Shown: positions 1 through 12,788, counted from the first letter of the stretch. The stretch: DNA of 38,161 bases from a candidate division NPL-UPA2 bacterium Unc8 (GCA_003574845.1 NDHY01000007.1:1-38161); one strand, 5' to 3'. Translations and numbers: made by a program. The notes: generated by a model not told the origin, from the sequence alone.

Positions 1-56
1 GACTAGTGATTAGTGACCATTGACCATTGACCATTTACCATTCACCAGTTACCAAC
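1..56. repeat. Inverted heptamer array: (AYTAGTG)2 facing (ACCAKTN)~6
   Basis: actagtg attagtg | accattg accattg accattt accattc accagtt accaac; same architecture at 19706-19772 and 33818-33897. Confidence 0.85.
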
Positions 57-59
57 AGA

Positions 60-103
60 GTAGCGGTGCGACCCCGATTTGCATCGGGGCATGCTTATCG
101 CAC
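60..103. repeat. GTAG-type REP-like palindrome containing a nested palindrome
   Basis: GTAG then GTGCGA...TCGCAC stem, with CCCCGAT-TTGC-ATCGGGG at 72-89 inside it. Confidence 0.6.
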
Positions 104-106
104 ATT

Positions 107-148
107 ACTCCTGACTCCTGAATTCTGGCTTCTGACTCCTGACTCCTG
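107..148. repeat. Heptamer tandem array (ACTCCTG) x6, degenerate
   Basis: actcctg actcctg aattctg gcttctg actcctg actcctg. Confidence 0.85.
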
Positions 149-174
149 TGAGTGACTGGTGCTCTGGTGACGGA

Positions 175-198
175 GTCGGGCTCATCCCTGAACCCGAC
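175..198. repeat. Palindromic hairpin just upstream of xerC
   Basis: GTCGGGCTCA-TCCC-TGAACCCGAC. Confidence 0.55.
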
Positions 199-208
199 AG
201 AGGATTAA

Positions 209-1111
209 ATGGAGAAATACATTGAGGAATTTTTAGAGTATCTGGACATTGAGAGAAATTTTTCCTCTCATACTTTAAGTGCCTATCGCGTTGACCTTAA
301 GCAGTTCTCGCGCTTTCTTCTCTTATCAAAACCATCTTTAACTGTTAATGGCATTAATCACCTCACCATCAGAGAATTTCTCGCTCACCTGCGGGTAAGA
401 AGATGCAGCCATCGCACAACATCCAGAAAGCTTTCCAGCCTGCGCTCTTTTTTCAGATTTCTTAGCCGCCAGGAGTATGTCTCCTCTGACCCTACCTCAG
501 GGCTGAGAACTCCTCGCATAGATAGAAAGCTTCCTAAGTTTCTTGATTTAGACCAGGCCGCCAGATTGGTAGAAGCTCCTTCTGAAGATACTCCTCTGGG
601 GCTCAGGGATCGGGCAATTCTTGAAATGCTGTATAGTACCGGAATGCGGGTCAGTGAATTAGTAGATTCCAATCTGCATCAAGTAGATTTTATTGGTGGA
701 GTGCTAAAGGTCAGGGGAAAGGGGAGAAAAGAAAGGCTCATTCCCATAGGTGAGCGCGCACTTGAGGCTCTAACAAAATATCTTGAGAAAAGAGACACCC
801 TTTTGAAAAGAAGAAAGAGAGATATTGCCAGGGAGGAGGCGCTGTTTCTTAATAAATGGGGTGGGCGAATGAAGAGGCTCGCCGTAATGAGGGTGGTGAA
901 GAGGCATATCAAGAAAGTATCTCTGGAGCTTAACATTAGCCCCCATACTATGAGACATACATTTGCTACTCATCTTCTTGATGCGGGTGCAGACCTGCGG
1001 ATCATTCAGGAGCTTTTAGGACATGCAAATCTATCCACTACTCAAATATATACTCATCTCACAACAAAAAGGCTAAAATCTATCTATAACAGTGCTCACC
1101 CCAGGGCATAG
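209..1111 (+). CDS. xerC: Tyrosine recombinase XerC
   Basis: YSTGMRVSEL, HTMRHTFATH, LGH, TQIY catalytic motifs; C-terminal HPRA; upstream of hslVU. Confidence 0.92.
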   Translation: MEKYIEEFLEYLDIERNFSSHTLSAYRVDLKQFSRFLLLSKPSLTVNGINHLTIREFLAHLRVRRCSHRTTSRKLSSLRSFFRFLSRQEYVSSDPTSGLRTPRIDRKLPKFLDLDQAARLVEAPSEDTPLGLRDRAILEMLYSTGMRVSELVDSNLHQVDFIGGVLKVRGKGRKERLIPIGERALEALTKYLEKRDTLLKRRKRDIAREEALFLNKWGGRMKRLAVMRVVKRHIKKVSLELNISPHTMRHTFATHLLDAGADLRIIQELLGHANLSTTQIYTHLTTKRLKSIYNSAHPRA

Positions 1112-1125
1112 ATATTGGAGGCATT

Positions 1126-1941
1126 ATGGAAAAAAATAAGGTTCTTTTGGAAATAGATGGCAGGGTAGCAATAATAACAATAAACCGGCCGGAAAAAGCA
1201 AATGCCATAGATGATGAAGTGTGGCAGAGGCTTGGAGATGTGATTAAAGAGATAGAATCGGATGGGAGTATAAGGACAATCATATTAACCGGGGCAGGAA
1301 AAAGAGCATTTAGCGCCGGATTGGATTTCTCGCAGGATAATTCACTTGTAAGAAAACTTCAGGGAGAATCGCCAGCAGTTATCCAGCAAGCAATGTATGA
1401 AATGATAAGGAATATTCAGAAGATATATTCTCTGTTTGAGAAGATACCTGTGCCTGTAATAGCTGCGATTAATGGTGCAGCAATTGGAGCCGACATGGAA
1501 TTGACGCTTGTGTGCGATATAAGGCTTGCCTCAGAAAATGCCATATTCTCTATGCCTGAGGTGAAATTAGGTTTAATTCCCGATTTGGGAGGCACCCAGC
1601 GGCTTCCAAGAATAGTAGGTATCGGAAAGGCAAAAGAACTTATCTTTACAGGAAAGAGGATAGAGGCGCTTGAGGCAAAGGAGATTGGACTTGTAAATAC
1701 TGTTTTCCCTGCGAGCAAACTTTGTGAAGAAGCGAAACTGCTTGCCGAGGAAATAGCTGCCAATGGACCACTTGCAGTGCGTGCTTCAAAGAAGGCAATG
1801 AATCTATCTATGGATTCATCAGTAGAAGACGGACTTAAATTTGAGGCACATCAGAATTCAATCTGCTTGTTGTCAAAAGATGTAATTGAAGGCTTTTCTA
1901 AGTATCCATTCAAAAAGAAGCCTGATTTCAAAGGAATTTAG
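1126..1941 (+). CDS. Enoyl-CoA hydratase/isomerase (crotonase) family protein
   Basis: INRPEKANA, AFSAGLD, PVIAAING, MPEVKLGLIP, GGTQRLPRIVG; SD GGAGG. Confidence 0.92.
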   Translation: MEKNKVLLEIDGRVAIITINRPEKANAIDDEVWQRLGDVIKEIESDGSIRTIILTGAGKRAFSAGLDFSQDNSLVRKLQGESPAVIQQAMYEMIRNIQKIYSLFEKIPVPVIAAINGAAIGADMELTLVCDIRLASENAIFSMPEVKLGLIPDLGGTQRLPRIVGIGKAKELIFTGKRIEALEAKEIGLVNTVFPASKLCEEAKLLAEEIAANGPLAVRASKKAMNLSMDSSVEDGLKFEAHQNSICLLSKDVIEGFSKYPFKKKPDFKGI

Positions 1942-1969
1942 CCAACTGTCAACTATTCTATCTCTTTCC

Positions 1970-1999
1970 TTGACAGAAGCCATAACTTTATTGTATGCT
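1970..1999 (+). promoter_or_regulatory. Candidate sigma70 promoter for hslVU
   Basis: TTGACA (1970-1975), 18-nt spacer, TATGCT (1994-1999). Confidence 0.5.
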
Positions 2000-2088
2000 G
2001 AATTAATTGCTCCTGAAACAATAGGAATTCAGGAAATTCCTGTGTGGATTGGGGAGTTTAAAGGAAAGCAATACGGAGGTTCCTGAAA

Positions 2089-2613
2089 TTGTATCACGGA
2101 ACGACTATTCTTGCGGTGAGACATAAAGGTAAAGTAGCTCTGGGTGGAGATGGGCAGATTACACATGAAGCTATTATTATGAAAGATTGCGCCAGAAAAG
2201 TCAGGAGAATGGCTGATGGAAAGGTACTGGCTGGATTTGCCGGAGGTACTGCTGATGCTCTTACACTCTTTGAAAAATTTGAGGGCAAATTAGAACAATA
2301 TGATAACCTATACCGGGCAGCAATTGAACTGGCAAAAGAGTGGCGCACCGACAGATTCCTGCGCCGACTGGAGGCGCTTCTTGCCATCTGTGATAGGAAG
2401 CATTCACTTACCATCTCCGGAAACGGAGATGTGATTGAATCTGATGACGGGATAATTGCCATTGGCTCCGGAAACGCCTATGCTCTTTCCGCAGCAAGAG
2501 CCCTCATAAAGCATTCTACTCTCTCTGCTTCGGAAATAGTAAAGGAAAGCCTGCTTATTACTGCCTCCATTTGCATTTATACCAATGACCGGATTGTTAT
2601 GGAAGAGCTGTGA
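2089..2613 (+). CDS. hslV: ATP-dependent protease subunit HslV
   Basis: GTTILAV N-terminal Thr nucleophile, [18 protein letters not shown] start with GGAGG SD. Confidence 0.97.
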   Translation: MYHGTTILAVRHKGKVALGGDGQITHEAIIMKDCARKVRRMADGKVLAGFAGGTADALTLFEKFEGKLEQYDNLYRAAIELAKEWRTDRFLRRLEALLAICDRKHSLTISGNGDVIESDDGIIAIGSGNAYALSAARALIKHSTLSASEIVKESLLITASICIYTNDRIVMEEL

Positions 2614-3953
2614 ACATAGATGCATTGACGCCAAAGGAAATTGTCCGTGAGCTTGATAAGTATATTATTGGACAGGATGAAGCCAAAAAATCCGTTGCCA
2701 TTGCGCTGCGCAATAGATGGCGCAGGCAGCAGCTACCCCCAGAGTTAAGAGATGAAGTAGCTCCCAAAAATATAATTATGATTGGCCCAACAGGCATTGG
2801 TAAAACTGAGATTGCCCGCCGCCTTGCTCGCCTTACTTATGCTCCATTTATCAAAGTGGAAGCGTCAAAGTACACTGAAGTAGGATATGTCGGGCGCGAT
2901 GTAGAATCAATGGTGCGTGAACTTACAGCCCTATCTGTCAACATAGTGAGAAAAGAAAAAACCGAGTTTGTCAGTACTCAGGCTAAAGCAGCAACTGAAG
3001 AGAGAATACTTGACCTGCTTCTTCCTCCCGTAGATGTTAAGTCAACTGAAGGAAGTATAGAAGACGGGCCGCAGGGTGAACGTACGCGGGAGAAACTTCG
3101 CCAGCAACTACATAATGGAAAGTTAGAAGAAAGAATAGTTACCATTGAAGCACAGGACCGCTTTACACCGATGTTTGAGGTTTTTTCCGGCCCAGGCCTG
3201 GAGCAGATGGACATAAACATTCATGAGATGTTCGGAAAAATGTTCCCGCAGGAAACGAAACGAAGAAAGGCAACAATTAGAGAGGCAAGAAAAATAATTT
3301 TCCAGGAAGAGGTACAGAAATTAGTAAATATGGATGAAGTTATCAGGGAAGCTATCATTAGAGTTGAAAGTTCCGGAATAATATTCATTGACGAGCTTGA
3401 TAAAATTGCTGGCAGAGAAACTTCAAAGGGGCCGGATGTATCACGTGAAGGCGTGCAACGGGACCTTCTTCCAATCATTGAGGGAACAACGGTGGCGACG
3501 AAACACGGGATGGTCAAGACAGACCACATACTCTTTATTGCTGCTGGAGCATTTCATGTGGCAAAGCCATCTGACCTTATTCCTGAGATGCAGGGGAGAT
3601 TTCCAATTAGAGTAGAGCTGAAAAGCCTTTCGCAGCAGGCTTTTGAGAAAATCCTCACCCAGCCCGAAAATTCGCTGGTAAAGCAGTACTGCGCTCTTCT
3701 GGCGACAGAAGGAGTTAAAATTAAATTTTTAAGGGGGGCAATAAAAGAAATAGCTTCAATAGCTTCTCTGGCTAACAAACGGATGGAAAATATCGGCGCC
3801 CGTCGGCTGTATACGATAATGGAAAAAACACTTGAAGACATATCTTTTGCTGCTACTGATGCTCCAGCAGTAATAGAAATAAATGCTGATTATGTAAAGG
3901 AAAAGCTGGCGGGAATAATCAAGGATGAAGATGCGAGCAAATACATTCTTTAG
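2610..3953 (+). CDS. hslU: ATP-dependent protease ATPase HslU
   Basis: GPTGIGKT Walker [24 protein letters not shown]. Confidence 0.97.
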   Translation: MNIDALTPKEIVRELDKYIIGQDEAKKSVAIALRNRWRRQQLPPELRDEVAPKNIIMIGPTGIGKTEIARRLARLTYAPFIKVEASKYTEVGYVGRDVESMVRELTALSVNIVRKEKTEFVSTQAKAATEERILDLLLPPVDVKSTEGSIEDGPQGERTREKLRQQLHNGKLEERIVTIEAQDRFTPMFEVFSGPGLEQMDINIHEMFGKMFPQETKRRKATIREARKIIFQEEVQKLVNMDEVIREAIIRVESSGIIFIDELDKIAGRETSKGPDVSREGVQRDLLPIIEGTTVATKHGMVKTDHILFIAAGAFHVAKPSDLIPEMQGRFPIRVELKSLSQQAFEKILTQPENSLVKQYCALLATEGVKIKFLRGAIKEIASIASLANKRMENIGARRLYTIMEKTLEDISFAATDAPAVIEINADYVKEKLAGIIKDEDASKYIL

Positions 3954-3968
3954 GAAAGGAAGTAAAAA

Positions 3969-4727
3969 ATGAACGAGGTTTCGGTTACTGAGTTACTTGA
4001 AGCAGGAGTCCATTTTGGGCATCAGACCAAACGTTGGAATCCAAAGATGGCGCGTTACATCTTTGGCGAAAAGAAGGGGATTCACATCATTGATTTACTG
4101 AAAACAACTATCTGTCTTAAAGAAGCCTGCCAGTTTATTACCGAGATTGTCTCTAAGGGAGGAGACGTTCTCTTTATTGGGACAAAGAGGCAGGCAGAAG
4201 ATACGATAAGAGAGGAAACTCAGCGCTGTGGGATGTTCTATGTCAACCGACGCTGGCTGGGGGGGACGCTGACAAACTTCCAAATGGCCAGGAAGAGCAT
4301 TGACCGATTGAAAGAGCTCAGAAGAATGGAAGAAAGTGGCATATTTGAGCGGTTGCCAAAAAAAGAGGTTATTCTCCTGGAAAAAGAGAAAGAAAAGCTA
4401 AGTAGGAATCTATCCGGCATTGAAGGCATAGAAAAACCTCCATCAGCCATATTTGTTTCTGACCCGAAGAAGGAAAGGATTGCAGTATTAGAAGCAAGGA
4501 AGCTGAAAATTCCTATTGTTGCTATCGTGGATACGATTTGCAATCCTGAAGAGATAGACTATCCTATCCCAAGTAATGACGATGCTATAAAGGCGATTCG
4601 GTTGGTTGTCTCAAAGATCGCCGATGCAGTTCTTGCAGGGAAAGAAGCAAGAGTGGATAAGAAAGAAAAAGAAGAGCCGGGCAAAAAAGAACCAGTTGAG
4701 AAAAGCAAAAAAGAGAGAAGTAAATAA
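3969..4727 (+). CDS. rpsB: 30S ribosomal protein S2
   Basis: [24 protein letters not shown]. Confidence 0.98.
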   Translation: MNEVSVTELLEAGVHFGHQTKRWNPKMARYIFGEKKGIHIIDLLKTTICLKEACQFITEIVSKGGDVLFIGTKRQAEDTIREETQRCGMFYVNRRWLGGTLTNFQMARKSIDRLKELRRMEESGIFERLPKKEVILLEKEKEKLSRNLSGIEGIEKPPSAIFVSDPKKERIAVLEARKLKIPIVAIVDTICNPEEIDYPIPSNDDAIKAIRLVVSKIADAVLAGKEARVDKKEKEEPGKKEPVEKSKKERSK

Positions 4728-4728
4728 G

Positions 4729-5253
4729 ATGGACCTGGATTTAATTAAAAAACTCCGAGAGATGAGCGGTGCTCCTGTGATGGGGTGCAGGAAAGCATTA
4801 ATTCAAACGAATGGAGATATTGAAGAAGCGATGGAGATTTTGATGCAGGAAGGACTTTCCACTGCTGCTAAAAAGGTAGGCAGGGAGACTACTGAAGGAT
4901 TAATTTATGCTTATATCCATTTTGGTGGGAAGATTGGAGTTTTGCTGGAACTCAATTGCGAAACAGATTTTGTCGCTCGCACGGACGGGTTTAAAGAATT
5001 AGCAAAGGATATTTCTATGCACATTGCCTGGAGTAATCCCCGTTTCATTTCTCCTGGGGAAATGCCCGAGGAAGAGCGGAAAGGCAAGGATAAAGAGAAA
5101 CATCTTTCTTCCTGTTGTCTCCTTGAACAACCATTTATTAAAGATAATGAGGTCAAGATTAAGGACTATCTTTCCGGGGCAGTTGCACGCTTTGGGGAAA
5201 ACATAAGAATTAAAAGATTTGTTCGCTATCAATTAGGAAACGAGGCAGAGTGA
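4729..5253 (+). CDS. tsf: Elongation factor Ts, short 174-aa form
   Basis: [33 protein letters not shown] at 4729 just after the rpsB stop (ORF-track start 4606 lies inside rpsB). Confidence 0.95.
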   Translation: MDLDLIKKLREMSGAPVMGCRKALIQTNGDIEEAMEILMQEGLSTAAKKVGRETTEGLIYAYIHFGGKIGVLLELNCETDFVARTDGFKELAKDISMHIAWSNPRFISPGEMPEEERKGKDKEKHLSSCCLLEQPFIKDNEVKIKDYLSGAVARFGENIRIKRFVRYQLGNEAE

Positions 5254-5960
5254 AGAGAGCTGTGTATAAACGCGTACTTTTGAAGTTGAGCGGGGAGGCT
5301 CTTCAGGGAGAGAAGGGCTATGGCCTTGACCCTGTCATTCTTTTTCGCATTGCCAGCGAGATTAAGGATGTCTTGCAATACGGGCTACAGATTGCAATTG
5401 TTACCGGAGGTGGAAATATCTTCCGGGGAATGGATATTAAGGATTTCAATCGGTCAGTGGCAGACTATATGGGAATACTTGCAACCGGGATAAATTCACT
5501 TGCACTACAGGGGGCGCTGGAAAGGATAGGAGTGGATACACGTCTTCAGACCGCGATTGAAATGCGCGATCTGGCTGAACCATACATTAGAAGAAGAGCA
5601 ATTCGCCATCTGGAGAAGAAAAGAGTTGTCATCCTTTCTGGCGGCACCGGAAGCCCTTATTTTACGACAGATACAGCGGCGGCACTGCGCGCCGTGGAGA
5701 TTGAAGCTGAGATTATTCTTAAAGCAACAAAAGTTGATGGAATATATAACTCTGACCCTCTCTTGAATCCTCGGGCGCAAAGATATGACCACCTCACTTA
5801 CCTTGAGGTAATTAAAAAAGGACTTAAGGTAATGGATGCGACGGCAATCTCACTGTGCATGGATAATACTCTTCCCATTGTTATATTTGACCTGAAGAAA
5901 GATGGCAACATCAAAAAGATTATTGAAGGGAAGAAAATTGGGACCATTGTAAGCAAGTAA
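5250..5960 (+). CDS. pyrH: UMP kinase
   Basis: [28 protein letters not shown]. Confidence 0.98.
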   Translation: MKRAVYKRVLLKLSGEALQGEKGYGLDPVILFRIASEIKDVLQYGLQIAIVTGGGNIFRGMDIKDFNRSVADYMGILATGINSLALQGALERIGVDTRLQTAIEMRDLAEPYIRRRAIRHLEKKRVVILSGGTGSPYFTTDTAAALRAVEIEAEIILKATKVDGIYNSDPLLNPRAQRYDHLTYLEVIKKGLKVMDATAISLCMDNTLPIVIFDLKKDGNIKKIIEGKKIGTIVSK

Positions 5961-5976
5961 GAAGGTAGGATTAATT

Positions 5977-6543
5977 ATGGAGAAACCAATTAAAGAAGTT
6001 CTTGCTGAAACAGAAGAAAAGATGTGTAAGTCCGTTGCTGTAACACGGGAAGAGCTGACAGCGATGCATGCAGGAAGAGCCTCACCAGGCTTGCTTCATG
6101 GAATTAAGGTTAACTACTATGGGCAGTTAGTCCCACTTGCACAGACCGCAAACATCACTATTTCTGACCCGAGCTTGATAATCATTCAGCCATGGGATAA
6201 GTCAACTATCCCGGAAATAGAAAAAGCAATTCTCAAAGCTGATATTGGCTTGGTACCAAACAATGATGGGAAAATTATTCGCGTTCCCGTTTCTCCTCTA
6301 AGCGAGGAGAGAAGAAAAGAACTGGTAAAAATGGCCAAGAGAATAGCTGAAGAAGGAATAATTGCATTGAGAGGAGTAAGACATAAAGAGAGAGAAATGC
6401 TCAAAGATATGGAAAAAGAAAGCCAAATATCCAGCGATGAGAGTCATTGGGGGCAGAAACGGATAGAAGAACTCGCTCATAAATATACCGAGGAAATGGA
6501 TAAAATTTTAGAGAGCAAAGTGAAAGAGATAATGATAGTTTGA
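5977..6543 (+). CDS. frr: Ribosome recycling factor
   Basis: GRASP, IQPWDK, PNNDG, PLSEERRKEL. Confidence 0.97.
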   Translation: MEKPIKEVLAETEEKMCKSVAVTREELTAMHAGRASPGLLHGIKVNYYGQLVPLAQTANITISDPSLIIIQPWDKSTIPEIEKAILKADIGLVPNNDGKIIRVPVSPLSEERRKELVKMAKRIAEEGIIALRGVRHKEREMLKDMEKESQISSDESHWGQKRIEELAHKYTEEMDKILESKVKEIMIV

Positions 6544-7265
6544 CAGGGATAATGGTGCTGGATAAAAATAATATTCCAAAACACATAGCTATAATTATGG
6601 ATGGAAACGGGAGATGGGCACAGAAAAGAGGGCTTTCGCGGGCACAGGGACACCGCGCCGGGCTAAACATTGTAAGAGAAATCACTAGAGCCTCTCGTGA
6701 AATCGGAGTTAAAATTCTTACTCTTTATGCCTTTTCAACGGAAAACTGGAAACGACCCGAGAGAGAAGTAGCCGCCTTAATGCGTCTTCTGGAGCGGCTT
6801 CTTAGAAAGGAACTCCCTTCTTTTCATAAAAACAGGATTCGGTTGCGGGCAATTGGGCGACTTGATGGGCTTCCTCCAAGAGTTCAGGAGGCTCTTAATG
6901 ATGCCATAAGAGCTACGGAGAAAAATGATGGGGTTACCCTTAATTTGGCACTTAACTATGGAGGAAGAGCAGAAATAGTAGATGGAGCTAAAAAATTTGC
7001 CCTGAATGTCAAAGAAAAAGGCTATGTAATAGATGAGCTGAATGAAGAAAGCTTCGGAGAATATCTGTATGCTGCCGACCTTCCTGACCCTGACCTGCTT
7101 ATTAGAACCGGTGGTGAAAGACGACTGAGCAATTTTTTATTGTATCAGCTTTCCTACACCGAGATATTTATTACCTCAATCTACTGGCCTGATTTTAAAA
7201 AAGCTAATCTGCTTGAGGCAATCGCTGATTATCAGCAAAGAAACCGAAAATTTGGCAGCATTTAG
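6540..7265 (+). CDS. uppS: Undecaprenyl diphosphate synthase (start may be ATG 6552)
   Basis: HIAIIMDGNGRWA, FSTENW, RTGGERRLSNFL. Confidence 0.97.
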   Translation: MTGIMVLDKNNIPKHIAIIMDGNGRWAQKRGLSRAQGHRAGLNIVREITRASREIGVKILTLYAFSTENWKRPEREVAALMRLLERLLRKELPSFHKNRIRLRAIGRLDGLPPRVQEALNDAIRATEKNDGVTLNLALNYGGRAEIVDGAKKFALNVKEKGYVIDELNEESFGEYLYAADLPDPDLLIRTGGERRLSNFLLYQLSYTEIFITSIYWPDFKKANLLEAIADYQQRNRKFGSI

Positions 7266-7284
7266 AAACCTCACCCCTCCTGTG

Positions 7285-8430
7285 ATGAAGAAAATTGGCA
7301 TTCTTGGCTCAACCGGCTCCATCGGAAGCACTGCCCTGGGAGTCATTGATTCACTTGGAAAGAAATTCTCTCTCTTTGCCCTTGCTGGAGGAAACAATGT
7401 GACGGCAATGGAAGGGCAAATCAGGAAATTTCACCCACAATTGGTAGCAATGGCAGATTCCGTGGCAGCCCGGGAGCTAAAAAAACGCACCAGCGGGATA
7501 AAAATATTTGAAGGTGATGAGGGGATAATCAAAATAGCTGAATGTCCTGAAATAGATATTGTCATCATCGCAATCGCCGGGGCAAAATCTCTCCTACCCA
7601 CTCTCTCAGCGGTAAGAACAGGCAAAGTCGTTGCTCTTGCAAGCAAAGAAGCAGTTGTTATGGCTGGAAAACTCTTATTGGAAGAAGCGGGGAGGCACGG
7701 CTCTCAAATTCTGCCACTGGATAGTGAAGCCAATGCTCTCTTTCAATGTCTGAATGGCGAGAATATTGATAAAGTAAGAAAAGTGATTCTAACTGCCTCG
7801 GGTGGCCCATTTTATGGCTTGCCTTTCAAGGGCCTTTCCTCAATCAGTCCACAGGAAGCATTAAGACATCCAACGTGGAAGATGGGACAAAGAATAACCA
7901 TTGATTCTGCAACGATGATGAACAAGGCGCTGGAGATAATTGAGATAGTAAACCTTTTTGGCATTGATGCCTCCAAAATCGAGGTAGTTATCCACCCGCA
8001 AGCGAAGGTTCACTCAGTGGTTGATTTTATTGATGGAACAATGATTGCGCTCTTAGGAGCAACGGATATGAGCCTCCCTATCCAGCACTGTTTAACCTAT
8101 CCAGAGAGAGTTGCCAGTGAGATTCCTGCGGTTGACCTTGTTGAAAGTTCTCCACTTGAATTTATGAGGCCGGATATGAGCAGATTTCCCTCGCTGAAAT
8201 ATGGATATGAAGCAGCCTCAGCAGGGGGAACGTTGCCTACAGTTCTTAATGGCGCTGATGAGGAAGCGGTGGATGCCTTCTTAAGCCATAGAATCGGATT
8301 TTTGGAAATCGCTGCAGTAGTGGAAAGAGTTATGAAAAAGCACAATTTGATTGAGTCGCCTGATATAGAAGAAATATTAGCGGCAGATCGGACTTCCCGT
8401 TTGGAGGCAAGAAAGTGTTTTGGGGCATGA
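7285..8430 (+). CDS. dxr: 1-deoxy-D-xylulose 5-phosphate reductoisomerase
   Basis: ILGSTGSIG, LTASGGPF, HPTWKMG, TIDSATMMNK; ATG 7285 preferred. Confidence 0.95.
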   Translation: MKKIGILGSTGSIGSTALGVIDSLGKKFSLFALAGGNNVTAMEGQIRKFHPQLVAMADSVAARELKKRTSGIKIFEGDEGIIKIAECPEIDIVIIAIAGAKSLLPTLSAVRTGKVVALASKEAVVMAGKLLLEEAGRHGSQILPLDSEANALFQCLNGENIDKVRKVILTASGGPFYGLPFKGLSSISPQEALRHPTWKMGQRITIDSATMMNKALEIIEIVNLFGIDASKIEVVIHPQAKVHSVVDFIDGTMIALLGATDMSLPIQHCLTYPERVASEIPAVDLVESSPLEFMRPDMSRFPSLKYGYEAASAGGTLPTVLNGADEEAVDAFLSHRIGFLEIAAVVERVMKKHNLIESPDIEEILAADRTSRLEARKCFGA

Positions 8431-8434
8431 AAAA

Positions 8435-11801
<3,367 letters not shown>

Positions 11802-11809
11802 CACAATCA

Positions 11810-11851
11810 GGTGTCAGGTCTTCAATCATGTGTCAGGTCTTGCGATGTGAC
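11810..11851. repeat. Two tandem copies of a GTCAGGTCT-N7-TG(AC) motif
   Basis: gtgtcaggtcttcaatcatg / tgtcaggtcttgcgatgtgac; inverted copy at 18088-18110. Confidence 0.65.
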
Positions 11852-11935
11852 TTTAGAGCAATTCAGTACTCTAATCTCCGGAGCATTTAACCTCTACAAT
11901 CTAAATATTCTAAGAGTCAATCCAATGAAAATAGG

Positions 11936-11979
11936 ACATTTTAATTAAGTTTTGACAACATTTTAAATTTGTTTTGACA
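11936..11979. repeat. 22-bp tandem direct repeat resembling IS termini (TGTCAAAAC... on - strand)
   Basis: ACATTTTAATTAAGTTTTGACA + ACATTTTAAATTTGTTTTGACA (3 mismatches). Confidence 0.65.
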
Positions 11980-11995
11980 ATTTAATGATTTTTAA

Positions 11996-12024
11996 TTGAT
12001 AAGTGAAATATATTAGAGTAAAAT
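11996..12024 (+). promoter_or_regulatory. Candidate sigma70 promoter for the MNT-HEPN pair
   Basis: TTGATA-17 nt-TAAAAT. Confidence 0.5.
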
Positions 12025-12054
12025 GCAGTGGGTAGAATAAAATTAGGTTTTAAG

Positions 12055-12366
12055 ATGAAGCTCAAACATTATCCTTCTGAAAAATTAAAAAGAGAAATTT
12101 TGGAAATTGTAGAAAGATATTTAGATTTGCGTCAATACGAGGTTTTCTTTTTTGGCTCAAGAGTAAGAGATGAGACAGATGATAGGGCAGATATTGATAT
12201 TGGAATTCAAGGAGATCAGCCTTTACCATCTGGAGTGCTGGAAGATATTAGAGAAGAGTTGAATAATCTTCCCATACTTTATTCTATTGATGTGATAGAC
12301 TTCAGTGATGTAGATAAAGATTTTTATAGGGTTGCAAAGCAAAATGTAGAAATAATAACCAAATGA
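12055..12366 (+). CDS. Minimal nucleotidyltransferase (MNT, MntA-like antitoxin)
   Basis: GS-x10-DxD (FGSRVRDETDDRADIDI); about 100 aa; start either 12028 or 12055. Confidence 0.9.
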   Translation: MKLKHYPSEKLKREILEIVERYLDLRQYEVFFFGSRVRDETDDRADIDIGIQGDQPLPSGVLEDIREELNNLPILYSIDVIDFSDVDKDFYRVAKQNVEIITK

Positions 12367-12788
12367 CAAAGTTAGAAGCAATAGAAAAACAATACCAACG
12401 AGCGATTAAGAGATTTGAAGAAATTTTGGCAGAGAAAAAGAGCGATATTGTCCGCGACTCTGCTATTAAAAGGTTTGAATTTACTTTTGATTTTTCTTGG
12501 AAGATTATCAAGGCATACCTGGAAGAAGAAAAAGGAGTTTCGTGTCGTTCTCCTAAAGAATGTTTTCGGGAGGCTTTTCATCAAGGGCTTATTGATTATG
12601 ATGACCTTTGGCTAAAGATGACTAACTGGCGAAATGAAGCAGTTCATACCTACAGCGAGAAATTTGCCGATACTCTTTATAAAAAACTTCCTGACGCTCT
12701 GAAGCGTTTTCAATTATTGGAAAAGAGAATTCTGCACCAATCACCAATCACTAATTACCATTCACTAAATCCCTTGTCAAATAAGTAA
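12363..12788 (+). CDS. HEPN-domain protein (HI0074-like, HepT-like toxin)
   Basis: DSAIKRFEFTFD, SPKECFREA, R-x4-H-x-Y (RNEAVHTY); ATGA overlap with MNT. Confidence 0.9.
   Translation: MTKLEAIEKQYQRAIKRFEEILAEKKSDIVRDSAIKRFEFTFDFSWKIIKAYLEEEKGVSCRSPKECFREAFHQGLIDYDDLWLKMTNWRNEAVHTYSEKFADTLYKKLPDALKRFQLLEKRILHQSPITNYHSLNPLSNK
12735..12769. repeat. Heptamer array (CACYAAT-like) x5 inside the 3' end of the HEPN gene
   Basis: caccaat caccaat cactaat taccatt cactaaa. Confidence 0.8.

Noticed and set aside
209-1111. xerC as a phage or integron integrase
   Set aside because: It has the length, HPRA ending and hslVU context of chromosomal XerC; no integron-integrase insertion or phage genes are evident.
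1886-2086. 66-aa ORF between the crotonase and hslV
   Set aside because: Overlaps the crotonase end and the promoter candidate; no SD or motif.
4606-4728. N-terminal extension of EF-Ts
   Set aside because: Overlaps rpsB in another frame; homology begins at ATG 4729.
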